DNA of 61,670 bases, the filler included, from Sphacelaria rigidula (lineage: Eukaryota), in assembly GCA_964200075.2 (NCBI GenBank). It is 6 parts of 6 records of this genome, joined end to end, with 100 filler letters (N's around TTAATTAATTAA, not from the genome) between each part and the next. Parts side by side here need not be neighbours in the genome. Positions count along the whole stretch, not along the records: positions 41,183 to 51,377 come from CAXNAA020006957.1; positions 51,478 to 61,670 come from CAXNAA020006958.1; 4 more parts are not named here. One strand, given 5' to 3'. Below the pieces are notes generated by a model that was not told where the DNA came from, searched no databases, and saw nothing but the letters and a program-made list of their open reading frames with translations. Both the position numbers and the translations under genes were made by a program. This document shows positions 48,950 to 61,626 of this stretch, in pieces; within the stretch, counting starts at the first letter, position 1; every line of letters begins with the position of its first letter.

Positions 48950-50950
48950 CCTGGTGTGGCTCGACGTACAAGCACCCTAATGCAGCTCCCCTCCCGAGGT
49001 GAGGGGTGGGATGAGGGGGCGGGAAAGGGGGGAAGGGGGGTCCATACGTCTTGCATCTCCCCATTATTCGACCATCCACTTTATGGAAGTCGATAAATCT
49101 TTCAACATCCACAGCGATGGGCCCTCGAATACACGAAATTGGAATCCCCCTTCACGTAGAAAAGTGTCGCGTCGTCGGAATTTCCCCATGTCACTTGTTT
49201 TCCCCATAGCTAGTGCAACTGCCGAAACACCATGACGGGTGTGTATCCCCCGTTGGGGTCGAGACAGAAGGCGAGGATACGGATCTATCCTTAATGAAAA
49301 CGCGCGCACTCAACACAGCTACAGAGCCCTTTCACGTACAAGTTGTCGGGGCAAGATGCAATCATGTGTCGGTAGAACACAACACCTCAAGGACGACTTT
49401 TCGAAACGCATTGACCTTATCTAAACGTGTTGACCTCGTCTGGAACATTCAATCTCTCCTGGACGGCCGAGAGAACGGTGTCATACTCCCTTGATTACAA
49501 AACTGACGCCATGTTTTTGATTTCGTTCAAGCTAGGCTGCAGTCAGAATGAGCCTCATTCAATAATACGGTCAAACTGATAGCAAGACCGAACGCGCATT
49601 GTTGCACTTTGTCGTCCATTCTTTCGCGTACAGTGGCAGTACAGCATGTCCACGATACCACAACGAACGCGCATGCGCTACCACTGGAGACTAGTAATCA
49701 CTCTCTTCAAACCAGCTGCTTCGATCGAGAGGTGCTCGTGGCGAAACACCCATTCCTGTAGCCACGAAACAGCAAGACCCACAACCAAAACAACCCTCCG
49801 CTACACACCACAGTGAACACACACCGCACGGCCGCGGCTTTCCAGTCCAGGTAGGCGTCAATGGGGCCGATGCAGCACCCCAAGGGCTGATCGGGATCGA
49901 AATCTGGACAGAACTGTGCGCTCTTTCCATGGTGCAACAGCGTCTCGTCGTCTGCCTCTAGAAAACAGGACGAGTCGTTGAGCAACAGCACCGGCTGGTC
50001 TTCGTAGCCGTGCGTCTCTAGCCAAGTTTCTACGAAACCCCGACGAGGCAGTACTGGAACAAAATACCGTCCCGACAGCACCGCTGACCCATTCGGCATG
50101 ACCTCCACCTCCGTGATATCAGAACTTGCGGAAACATCGGCGGCAGGTCTTCCCACGTGAAACGTACAAGATAGGTTTGCAGAGAGACCGTACACGCGTC
50201 CACTGGTGTCCGCCGTGGCTGCGAAATCCAGTATTCGGCACTGGTAGAGCCGCTGAAAGTCGTCGTCGGTCCCTAGCGGGATGATTTTCGGACACGACGA
50301 CGCGTACCCGAGCCATTGAAATACCGCCAACTCACACATGATCGTGTTGGTGGTAGTAGTCGCAGTAGTGCTGACGCCGGAGCTGCAGCTGCCCGCGGCA
50401 TGCGCGAGCGAGGAAGGTGGGGATAATGAACACCCAGTTTGTGTAACCCCTCCTTGTTTTGCACGGAGAATGTTGATGGGGCTACAGCATGCTGAAAAGC
50501 AAACTTTTCTTCAGGTGGTGCCTGTTTCGTGGAACGGTAGCAGCAGGAGCAGCAGCAGGCAGCTTCTTTTCAGGTCTAGTGCGCAGCATTCCGCTGTCGC
50601 GGTCGATGCCTTGGCCTCCACTCTCGCCGGGTGTTGGGATACAGGGTGCTGAAGTTAGGATTTGCGCTCCACGTGAAATGACAGCTACGAGCAGGCAACT
50701 TGCACTTACCTACTACACCGAGGAAATGAGCGAAGGAGGTAGCGGCGGAAAAATAGCGCACACGTTTGTATACCGAATCGAGGCAAAATACATCAGCTGT
50801 CAAACCCCCAGCTTGCGAGCGGTGTAGGGGGTACCACCAAATAGTCCTCGAGTTGGAGGTGCGTGTGCTGAACGCGCTGCACAAGGATGAAGCAGTGTTC
50901 TCATGTGTGCTCAGCGGAGTATTTTTCTGTATGCGCAATCTCCACTAGCA
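48950..50950 (-). pseudogene. Decayed spliced gene, possibly with BAH-like domains; one large open exon at about 49830-50495
   Basis: More than 200 open codons with globular composition ending at GCC|GTGCGG. Flanking segments (48950-49490, 50710-50950) read as protein-like but carry stops and frameshifts. The domain call is by eye only. Confidence 0.4.
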
Positions 50951-51299
50951 ACGTACCATCGCAACCGACGAAAAGGAACTGTGTCAATCACGCGACAGGC
51001 CAATCGTCGATGTCGTGTTTCTGTTCTCGAACCCCGGTTAGCCCCCTGTGGCCCCCCAAAAAGTCAACAAGCATACTCTAACTTTTTGTAATAAACATAA
51101 GAGTTCAGTTGTACTGTACCGTACAGCACATACCCTGCTTTCCATACACTAGAGTGTACAGTACGTCAGCATGCGCATGAGTGATGGTATAGGCTGGTGA
51201 TGCTCATCACCTCGAAAATATTCATCAGCACATGCCTTCCGCAATACTTACCCAATAGCGCATGCATGGTATTATGGATGATCGCCATGGGCGACTGAC

Positions 51300-51377
51300 G
51301 AGGGGTGTACTCATGACCATGCATGCCATAGTCATCAGACCATTGACCTCGCATCCCTACAATACCGGGACGGAAGA
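51300..51377 (-). mobile_element. 3' end of a poly-C family copy, cut by the gap
   Basis: GGGGTGTACTCATGACCATGCATGCCATAGTCATCAGACCATTGACCTCGCATCCCTAC. Confidence 0.85.
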
Positions 51378-51477
51378 NNNNNNNNNNNNNNNNNNNNNNN
51401 NNNNNNNNNNNNNNNNNNNNNTTAATTAATTAANNNNNNNNNNNNNNNNNNNNNNNNNNNNNNNNNNNNNNNNNNNN
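51378..51477. other. Artificial contig spacer
   Basis: N44-TTAATTAATTAA-N44. Confidence 0.98.
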
Positions 51478-51504
51478 TGGAAATCATAAATGACGAAGAA
51501 AAAC

Positions 51505-51582
51505 CCCAACGCATCGGGAATCGCCCCCCCGTTCTCTCCACCGTAATGGCGACAGTCGGACCATTACACCACCGGGGCGCGG
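51505..51582 (-). mobile_element. tRNA-derived pseudo-tRNA/SINE head
   Basis: GCCCCGGTGGTGTAATGGTC (A box) ... GGGGCGATTCCC (degenerate B box); no canonical anticodon or acceptor stems. Confidence 0.5.
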
Positions 51583-53369
51583 CGGCAGATGACCATTACA
51601 CCTGTACAATACCAGCACCACCGTTTCCGCCAAACTCAAGTCTAATTACATGTATGTTCTTCGGACAGTTTCCAACACGAGCGTAAAGAACTTTGCATAG
51701 CTACCCGCCGCCTACTATATGTATGTTTGGAGAGTTTCCAACACAAGAAAAAAACAATTTACATGCCTACTGGTATCATGTAAGCGTGACAACTGACAAT
51801 ACATCAGGTGCAACGTTTCTGTCTATACGAGCATCAGCACCTGTTCGTCTTTGCTGTGGATCAAAACCGAGAACAGCTAGGTGTAGGTGTGCGCATCGCT
51901 CGAAGAAAATGAAAGAGAAAAAATAAAAAAATTAAGTATCATGGCTCTTCCCGGTGGAAAAATCGAGCAAGCCAGTCAGAAACGAAAGATCCATCCGGTC
52001 GATCCGAAGAGAACCTCAGAGGGCCTTCGGCACACATGGCACACACACTGCCCTGCTGCATTGCCTACGGCCGTACTGTAGTGTACATCATTCTTCAAAT
52101 GAAAATAATGCCAATGCAACAGATGACGCACCCTGGGGGTGACTGTATGCTTGGACGAAGCTCAACTAAAATGCACAGTACAGTCCAATGCAGTACAATG
52201 TTTGTCTTCTCTTTCCCCCCCGCTGTGTTCTTTCCCCTTGTCTCTGGGTATCAAGTATCACATTACACCAAACCTGTGGAAAGTGTAACCTCGTCCTCCC
52301 GCCAGAGTAGGTCATTTGGTTATTTCATTCATTTTCAAGTGACAATTTATGGCAACACAATATATGGCCCACCCTCGAAGCGATATTATCTCCATGTTTT
52401 TCGAATAAACAAAGCTGGAGCTTTGTCGCAGGAGACGGATGCTGTACAGGCGGTACAATGGTACCGATAGACTGCACTCAACTAACAGACAGAAGAGCAT
52501 AAAACATTCTCTACCGCGGATTCCCTATGCGGCTGGGTACACCAGCGGCAGCACGCTTTTTTTCATATATTTTTGGAGTGTATTATACGTGGACACACTC
52601 ACGCACCAAAAGAAAGTTACACACGTCGGACGGATCAGCTCGTTACGGATCCGGATCAGCTCATTTGGGGCAGAGCTCATGATCCATCCGAGGTAAGCTG
52701 TCACCGGTACACGTTTCTCCGATGCTGATCCGTTGGACCCGTCTGACCCGTCTATGTTTGCCGAGCAATAAGCTGTACGACCCAGGTCACACGAACACTT
52801 TCGGGTACAACTGATCTGCAGACCTGTGTCATCTGTACAACATCACATAGTTGTGATTTGTATCACTCGGGTCAGGCAAGCACAGGAGCTTGTCGTCGAC
52901 ATATGCAATCCGAGTCTCATGTACACCAAAAGCTACCGTTGACTCGTGGAATCCGAATCTAGTATCGTACAGTATACAAGAAACCCTTTCCCGCACCCGT
53001 AAGATCCGGATCAAGTGTGCAAGAGAACAGTATTCAGCTCCCTCACCTGTTAACGTGTATGGCCCGGGTAAAATTGTGCCAGCGGCTGTGTGAACGACTG
53101 TTTTCGTATTTTCAGGGTCTACACTCATGCGCGGCGGGGAAAAAAAAAACAAGATACAACCATATGCTCCATTGGTTCATCATGACGTTCGGCCGGCGTC
53201 AGACGAAAATTACCGGAGAAGAGTCATTGACGTGTACATTGCCGGCGTTGAAGCACGGGTGTCTCCCGCAAGCCTGCTCGATCAGCTGAATGACCTTTGC
53301 GACCCGTTGGATCTATATACATTCCTCGTCTGGTAACCTATAAACCTGGTTGCTCTGCACACATGGCGT

Positions 53370-53540
53370 GATGATTGACCTGTATGATCCGTGCGATTCG
53401 TACATATCTGTCCGATGATGACCTGTATAACCCGTGCGATCCGTACATGTCTGTCTGATGATGACCTGTGTGACCCGTGCGATCCGTATATGCCTGCCTG
53501 ATGACGATCTGTATGACCCGTGTGATCCGTGCATGATCTC
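53370..53540. repeat. 43-bp tandem repeat, about 4 copies, inside a wider GATCCG-rich degenerate region (52620-53760)
   Basis: Unit GATGATGACCTGT(A/G)T(A/G)ACCCGTGCGATCCGTACAT(A/G)TCTGTC(C/T). Confidence 0.85.
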
Positions 53541-56500
53541 CTTGGGCACATCTATGTAATCCGAATCAGGTGTACACGAAACGTCAAGGAGAACCTGTGT
53601 ATCCTTACGACCCGTACAAGATACCTCCCTCTTGATCGATGAGATCCGGATCACGAGGACCGTTCCATAACTAGTTGAACTGTATCACCCGAATCGGGTA
53701 CACATGTTTGTTCACACTTGAGCTGTATGACCCGGATCCCATATAAAGTGATCCGTCCGACGTGTGGAAAGTTACGACGACTCAAACCTCTTTTCCCAAG
53801 TTTCCCCTCAACCCCGCGTGTCGGCGTTTTATTTTACTTTTGTTGAGACCAATCCTTGTGAGAGCCGTTCGACATTTCATTTTTCAATTTTTTCATCGCA
53901 TTTTGCCTGTCGCGATTCTGAACGGGGACCGGAAACACTTCAATGGCCCAACGTTGGAGTTGTACATACAGTGTATACGTTGAATTTGGAGGGACGTAGG
54001 AGTCGTGCACCTGTACAATAGCACCCAAAGATCATAATGGCTGCACAGCTATCACGTGGCTTTTCAAACTTTGTTTCAACAGCATCTTGTTCCCACCCCA
54101 ATTCTGTACACACCGGACCAGCGGCAGTACAGCATCTCAGGCAACCTTCAGCGTAGATCAAACCGTGTTCATAGGGTCCAAATGTGCTACAGCCAATACA
54201 ACTACAACTACAGCATAAAAATGATGGATGTGGGCACGAATCGCATTGATGGTTTTACAGACGACACAACGCATCCAAGACACCGTGATGGTGCCGCTTT
54301 CGGCAGTGTTTAGACCCATGTACCGACCACGACACAAAGATAGTACAGCGGTTCACGCAATCTTCAGCGCAGATCAAACGGTCTTTGCAGGGTTCGCGCG
54401 CACCACACTACAGTGCTAGCTACAGGACGGGAAGGTTGGGTCTGAGCACCAAGGACATTGGTCGTTGCCGATTACACAGAATCCAACACATACTGCAGAC
54501 AACTTCGACCAGACAGCACTGCGTGCCCACTGCATTTGTTCGGAACACAAAAGCAGTACAGCAGCTCAGCCAATTCCAGCAGGGACGAGACAGTTTTGGC
54601 AAGGCCTGAGCACACGACAATGCGGTGACAAGTGCAGTACAAAGGAAAGCCGCAGTGTTACGCGGGAGAGAACTTACTTCTTCAATACAAAATAGGTGCG
54701 CGAAAAAACAGCGGATGATGGCAAATATCCCAATTTTCGCGCGGAGGTTCTGCACACCCTGTGCATGCAGCAGCGGACCACACAGCATCGCCCAGGTGAA
54801 AGGTAGTCACTCCCGCAAATTGCACCGGTAACGGGACTGTCTGCAACGAGTAACTTCGTGCGGCCAAGGTGAACACCACCCGCCCCGTGTGAAACCTGGC
54901 CTCCGGTGTCATGGCAGAGCACCGCACTCGCGTGACGCCACCGGCAGAAACATGGAGGAGGTTGTCATCATCTAGAGAGCTCAAGCTTTCTAAGTATAGG
55001 AAAAGGCTGTACTGAAATACATTGATGCCGAGACGAATTGGTTGACGTTTGAAAACGTTGATATTTTGCTCCCCACCAGTGCATGGACGCTCTGGACTGC
55101 CGTGTATTGTACAAATAGTACACCCCACCTCAGTACAGCACACCACAGCGCATCACACTCAGTACCGTAAAGCACAGTACAGCACAGTACAGTAAATTGC
55201 AGTGCAGTACAGAGCATTTTGCTGTCGGCGACGTATATTGCTTGGTGCTCAAGTGCGTCGGCCGTAAGAAGGAAACGCCACGTACAGTAGCAATGTATAC
55301 TCGTATTTGGTAAAGCCTACTTTATTCAACTCCGGCAAACCGCGGTAGGGTGTGACGGGTTATTATGTGGGTTGCGTTCTCCATCACAAATTCGCTTTTC
55401 GTTGTTAGTGCCGCTATCGACAAAGGAGTTGAAGCTGGGAATATGTCACCCGGGTTCAAACAACGTCCGACGTGGAGAGAGATCAACGGAGTTGGCATGG
55501 ACATAGATTTCGACTAGTCACGTTACCGTAGTACACTATCACAACCGCACGCGGCGACCGTCAGGTACGATAGAGTAAACACGCCTCCGCTGCCGTAGAC
55601 CGCCACAACATGAGAACCACAGGGTGGATGACACGCTCAATCAAAAGCATCGACGTTCAACCCTCCGCCCGATCACCCTCCTGGACATGCACTTGCAGAA
55701 AATTCAGGGTATACCCAAGGCATACTCATGGGATGCAACGTCCAGGCGCCTGCATAGACACCGACCGGGGCAGTCCGAACGTTACATTCGACTTCAAAAT
55801 CGATCCCGAGGAAATAATCCACAGCGATATATCAATGCTGAAGATCGCACGGACCTGATTGCTTTCGTCATCTCTCCGGTGGTCGTCGTGGCTTTTGAAC
55901 AAAATTCAGGACGCCTACCTTTGTGCATAAGAGACGCCCACATGGATCCCCGACTCCGACTCTCGCAATTGTAAGCAGAGCAGAGAAATCAAATCTTGCA
56001 CCCACCTGCCGTTGTTGTATGTCCTCCGGACAAGTAATGAAGCACCTGCACCACTCGGGATGCCATCCCGTTTGACACATACCACACCCATGGTTGAGAG
56101 TACATCTCAACCGACAGACTTCGAACGCGCAGTGCCGATATAAAATATGAGGGTAATCGCTGGGGGCAACGCCAGCGACGGAGACGCAGCGCGAGAGGGG
56201 CTGAGCACCAGTCGTATGGGGAACGCAGGGTAACTGCGCTGTTCAATGACTCTGTGGCGCCAGGCGCGGCCGTTGACGGTGCAGCTGTAAAAACCGAGGT
56301 GATGTTGGAGGGGCGCGACGACCGGCGGAGCTCAGCATAAAGAAGTAGGAAGTCGATCGCGCGAGAAAGGTCAAACCTATGCAGTCTCTAGTGCCTGGAA
56401 ATCCGAGCAAAAAATACAGGATTTGTCGACATCCACTCGGCCGACAACAATTCTCAACTAAGCGTGCATCACCATGTGCAAAGGCGGGGGAAGAGGTGGC

Positions 56501-56689
56501 GAACAGGTTCTTCTGAAAAGCCGTCAATAAGACGACCCCTACTGCGCTGGAGAAACTTGCTCCTGTCGCGGAATGCCGAGAAGCGGCAGGACGGGAGGTG
56601 ACGGAAAAATCGTTCTGTAGGGAGGGCGCCGGGCGGAACAACGCAAGAGACCTTTGCCTGAAGCGCCAACCGCACGTGACGAAGGAGTA

Positions 56690-57175
56690 CTAGGAGCTAC
56701 GAAGTACCCCCGCCTTCATATCGGCCGGCGAAGAGGTCCTGTATGCCCAGTGGTCACGACCGTCCGCAGGCAATGGCCACCCCGTCATGTCCCAAAGTGT
56801 CCCAAAAGAAGCCCATGATGCTCGTGCTGGAAGCCGCTCCCTCCCCATCTCGCTCGCTTCGAGCGCTGCGGCTTCCGAGCTTTGGACAGGCCTTTCTCTC
56901 CCCTCACTGACCGTGCCCACGCCGGGTCCCGTAGCCACCACACACCCGAACCCGGCGGTCGCCATCGTCGCAGATTTCCCCCCGCTCCCGTGCAACGTGC
57001 CCTTTGCGCGTCGTTTGGGTTCTCCACCGCGCACAATATGATCTAGCTCGACCATCCTCATCGCTACGGCAACGAAAAAAACAAGCAAATAATAAGAAAC
57101 GGTAACCTGGTTGCTTAGCTTACGGAGCGAGCGGTGTGTGTTACAGCGTCGCTGCCAACCGACGCCGACCCTCGA
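56690..57175 (-). mobile_element. 5' end of the poly-C family joined to a different, longer internal sequence (candidate long/parental form)
   Basis: About 56998-57175 matches the first 170-180 nt of the 10371 and 38785 copies up to CGCAAAGGG, then diverges into a 123-codon ORF (57061-56690). Confidence 0.65.
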
Positions 57176-57799
57176 AAGGGAGGGGGGAGCTACCGGGGGG
57201 GGAAGTGGCGGGGGACGAAACAGCAGCAGTGGCGTCAGGCGCGAGTGTTGATGGCGGCGGGCCGCATCCACTAGCCCGGCGCTCGAAATCACTGACGGTA
57301 TCAGGCGGGTGGGGGGGCAGGAGCGGCGATGCCGCTAATGGTGGCACCTGCGGCGGGCGGAGGTATCGACCGCAGAGGTCTAGCAAGGGCGGCCCCGCGG
57401 ACGTATTTTGCGCCGGTGACGGGCGGGCGATCAAGCGGGGCGGCGCCGGCGTTGGACTCCGGGTGGGTCCACGATCATATCTTGCCGCAGTGACAGACAT
57501 CGAGAGGGGGGGAACAGTGGTGGCAGGAGAACAACATGCACAAAGTGTGGTGCTCCTCCACCCTTCTACTCGTGGGTCGCCACATATCATCTTTCGTCGT
57601 GGCGTCATGGCAGTGAATCTAATCGGAATATTCACAGCGCAGCTGCCCCAGCTGCCCCCGGCATCAGTAGGGGAGACATGTCCGCAGTCCGCTTCATCAT
57701 CCGCTCCGGGAGGTTGTCGGGAAACCCTTGAAGAAGTGGCTTGTGACTTCCATCGACACTGATCAGTGGCGGGTTGTACTCCTGGCGATGTCATCCCGG

Positions 57800-59660
57800 T
57801 GTATCAAGCCGCAGGGCTTAGACGCGGTTGAAGCCACTATCATGCGCCGATCACCGGCGGTGCATGAGGTAAAGTTTCGATGTCAAAGGAGTGTTTCGAC
57901 GCGAAACGACACCTCTGAACAAAACCGTGAGATATGAATCGACCTTTTCACATACTCTATGGCACTGTCAACCCACGCGCGTCGAGTCTGGTCACTGGGT
58001 GCTATCGAACGCGTTCTGACAGCGAGAGAACTGCCGGGAATCATCCATATGTATGACCAATGTGCTGAGCGATGGTGAATAAGGGTCGGGTGACGTTATT
58101 TGTCACTCTCTGCGATATCCTTTATACTGAACCATCTGTACTGAACCGGACGGTCGATGTGATCATCTGTCCTCCTAATAACACATCGGGGCCATTCTCG
58201 TGATTTCACTTTTTATGCCGCTTCTCATGGTGAACAAGGAGGAGGAAATATAGAAACACCTATTTCGTCCTTCTGCATCAGCTTACGCCCTAAAACAAGG
58301 CTGGGTGAATGTCGACTCCTTGGAATTATTTGCTATACTCCTTGACAAAAATTCCAGGACACTTACGCGTTTTACGGTGGTCACATTTGTGTTTTTGGCC
58401 GTACTTGCACTTCTGTCATAGAAAGGTCAAGAACGGTCAATTCCAGAAAAACGTGGCCGTCAGACATATCAAGAAAAGAAACGGCACTTCTATCTGGACT
58501 TGAATGTTCTTGGACAAAAATGCAAGGTCAGTAAAAGCGAATCTGCGGCGACAGGAACACGCAAGGTGTCCAGGGATTCCCCTCGGGCTTGACCACTCTT
58601 GGACAAGAGTGTATGTGCCAAATAACAATACTGCGACCACCGGGAAACGCAAAGGCGTCATGGAAGTTTTTCACGAGTATAGCAAGGCATGCCAACGTGT
58701 CAACATTCGCCTAGCCGTCATATAGGACCTTTTTGTAGGGCGTGAGATGACACACAGAGATCAAAAGGGCAGTTCTACGACTATTTTTCCCTTCATTTTC
58801 TTGATATTGTTTGTTTTCCATAAGAACCGACCTTAAATACCGAGTGGTTACGGTCTCGGTGACGACAGAAGTCGGCGTCCTACGTGTGTGCGTGTGTCTT
58901 GTGCCTTGCGTGCGATTCCGCAAGCACGCTTCACGCGCTACCCCAGCAACAACGCCATGCACATGACTGTACCGTTTTTTCCACTGGGGGACGGCGTTGA
59001 TGTTTTCATGAATGAGTACGGGATAAGAAACTTCCAAGTATGATCACATTCGAGCGCGGCGCAATCACGCACGCTCATTTTGGATACCAGCCATGGTTTC
59101 ATGTACTTTTTCACCGCATCATACACGTCCTGGAACTCCCCACTCAGATGGCAATATCTCCATACACACAGCAGCTGCGAAGATAAATCAAGTTGCCCCC
59201 TGTAGCTGAGACGCATATCTACCAGTCCTCCACGTTCTCGCTGCGCAGACGCTTGCCGCAGATGAAAATATCGAGGTAAAGTAAAGGTCATCCCTTGCGA
59301 GTTCTGCACTATACACAAAGTTGATTGGTGAAAAATTGATGTTGAACGATGGCTCGTAGCAAGTTCTACATGCCTGTTGAGTTTCAGCTTGGTGTCATTA
59401 GCGCAGCGCGAGTGATCTTGGATCGCGTATCGGTCGAGCACATTGGAAAATGACTTTTCGGCTTGTACAGATTTCGCTATCCGTTTCGGAGGGTTGTCCA
59501 TCGCTCGTTTGTGTGCTGTACTGGGTGAAATGGAACCGAACTTCGATGGGAGCGTAGCTTCAGCTCCATGCTCTAGCTGTGCATCATCACCAAGATCATT
59601 GTTTTGCCCTGAAAACTTATTTTCCTCCTTCGGGTCTCGCGTTTGGGGAGGTGGTCATCA
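57800..59660 (-). pseudogene. Degenerate transposase-like gene (Mutator-like DxT[FYW]K motif)
   Basis: ORF 58938-59501 contains SHRS...GMTF and ALECDHTWK; a frameshift continues VSYPVLI...QWKKRYSHVHGVV. Further protein-like blocks with stops run to about 57800. Family assignment is from motif memory, not a search. Confidence 0.45.
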
Positions 59661-61259
59661 ACGTGACAGCTTGCCCCGCGTAACACTGGCCGTGAGTATG
59701 TGCTGTAGTACGGGGAAACATGACATGTCCCATATTTACTGCTTGCGCCAAATTTTGACCAGGTGCTCAAGCGTTCAGAACCGTCTCCCGACTTCAGGCG
59801 CCTGGCCGAAATTTAGGGACCTTGAAAAACTTTGGGGGTCACTTGTGTTCAAGATACTCGTCATTTTATTCGAAAGAAGTGCAGTGTAATTCTTTTTCCA
59901 CAACATGGAGGCGGTATTTTGGAAGGTTAGGTGTCAAGACAATCCGCACCTCGTTTGTAATGACGCCGAAACTTGGAGAGGGTGTAGATTGGTAATACAG
60001 CAAGGTATCACAGTCACAGCTGCAGCTGCGCAAGGCGCTGAGGGCCCGGCCAGGTTTGAAACGGCGGATACCAGCAACACCAATGATCTTTTCTTGTCAA
60101 CAATTGCTGTCTAATGACGATTATAGTGGACACGGTATTAGTCGGACACGCAGGAGGCAACGGATCCTGCTGGCCTCGTCGTAAAATCTCGCCTAGTTAT
60201 GGATAAACACTTGAAGAAATCCGGCAAAGAATCATCGTTTAGGCCCCGTTATATATCTGCGGGTTGTGGGCTGAACATTCCCGATCCAAGTCGCTCGACA
60301 GGTCAAGGTTAAGCTCCTCCCTCGCAACGAGTGGGTTCTGCCACGGACCCTTGCCAGCATACCCGGCAAGCGAGCAACGTCCCCTACAGACAGTAGCACA
60401 ACTTTCGGGCCCGGCGTACTGACAGTCTGGCAGCCAGCAAGGCGGTTGTGGTGGTTATCTTTTAAAGGTTTCAACTGACGGTACAGCAGCAGGGGGATTG
60501 CATGTGAATTTTTCGGTGATTGTCCCACTTCCACTTCGCCCATGTGTTCCGGACTTTTTTACGATATAACCGCGCCGTCCGCCCCCCCAAGCAACGTGAG
60601 GATACCCTCCAAAGAATAACATACGTGCACAAGGGGCTGTCCCGCACAAATGAGCCCGACGGAAGTGGTTCGTCTACGGTGCAGAGGTTAACGATGCATA
60701 CGATTGGGTCACTGCGGCGAAAAACATGGGCGAATGGCATACTGGAGTCGGAAAGGAGCGGAAGAGTTTGAGGACACGTGGCGACGCGCGGACAAACGAG
60801 AATCAGACCACCGTCACAAACGAGAGGCTGCTGCATCGAGAGCCGCTAATCGAAGACTCCTGTCTGCTCATATCGTCTGTTGATCATGTCTTTAGTCGAT
60901 GGCTCTGCGTCGCCCACTGGTGTGTGTCTGTATCTACTCTGCTGCCCCGAATCCCTCGGGTTTTTCCTTCTTTTGTTCATGTTCAATATTTTATATTTTT
61001 TGCTCTTTTATTCCCTCTTCTTTTCCTTTTTTGTTTTAGATTGGCAACTTCTTTCTGCACTTTGCTTTTGTTGACTTTTATTCATTTTTTTATTTCTAGC
61101 GGCTGTGTTATCATACAGCTTCGCTCAAGATACAGGCAACCATGATAACAGCGCAGGCAGCCCTTGACGGTTCGGACGAATAAAATCGTGATTCGACTCG
61201 TGTTTAACATTGGGACGAATCGTACGATTCGTACACAAGTTGTGATTTGTACATGATTT

Positions 61260-61585
61260 GGGTTCGTATTTCGTACGACACCGCTTCAAGTGTACAAATT
61301 TCCAGTTCGTGATTCGTGCGGTACACGGTCAAAGGTGCACGTTTCCTACCTTCCATTCGTATGGTGTGAATCATTGGTACATGTTTCCCAATTTCCATGC
61401 ACTCAGCACGACTCATGGGTACATATTTTCCACTTTTCATCCACACGAAGTGAATCAAGCATATATGATCCCCAATTTCCGTTTATGCAGCATGAATGTA
61501 CATATTCCTCACCTTCCGTTCATACGAGGTGAATCAAGCGAACATGTTTCCCAATTTCCATCCATGCGGCATGAATCCACACCCT
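61260..61585. repeat. Degenerate tandem repeat region (GTGAATCA...ACATGTTTCCCAATTTCC motifs)
   Basis: GTGAATCA at about 61366, 61450 and 61529, each followed by a CCCAATTTCC motif. Confidence 0.6.
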
Positions 61586-61605
61586 AGACACTACAAAATG
61601 TTTTC

Positions 61606-61626
61606 AATATATATATTATATATTAC

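Noticed and set aside
51505-51582. Functional tRNA genes (also about 15960 and 42870-42949)
   Set aside because: Only A/B-box remnants; cloverleaf stems do not form, so these are treated as SINE heads.
57105-57135. 5S rRNA box-A-like AAGCTAAGCA in the element's 5' end (SINE3 idea)
   Set aside because: The similarity is limited to about 15 nt, with no box C or 5S flanks; a GTAAGC donor explains it equally well.
51300-57175. One 5.9-kb element bounded by the family's 3' end (51300) and 5' end (57175)
   Set aside because: The two ends lie on different, unrelated contigs.
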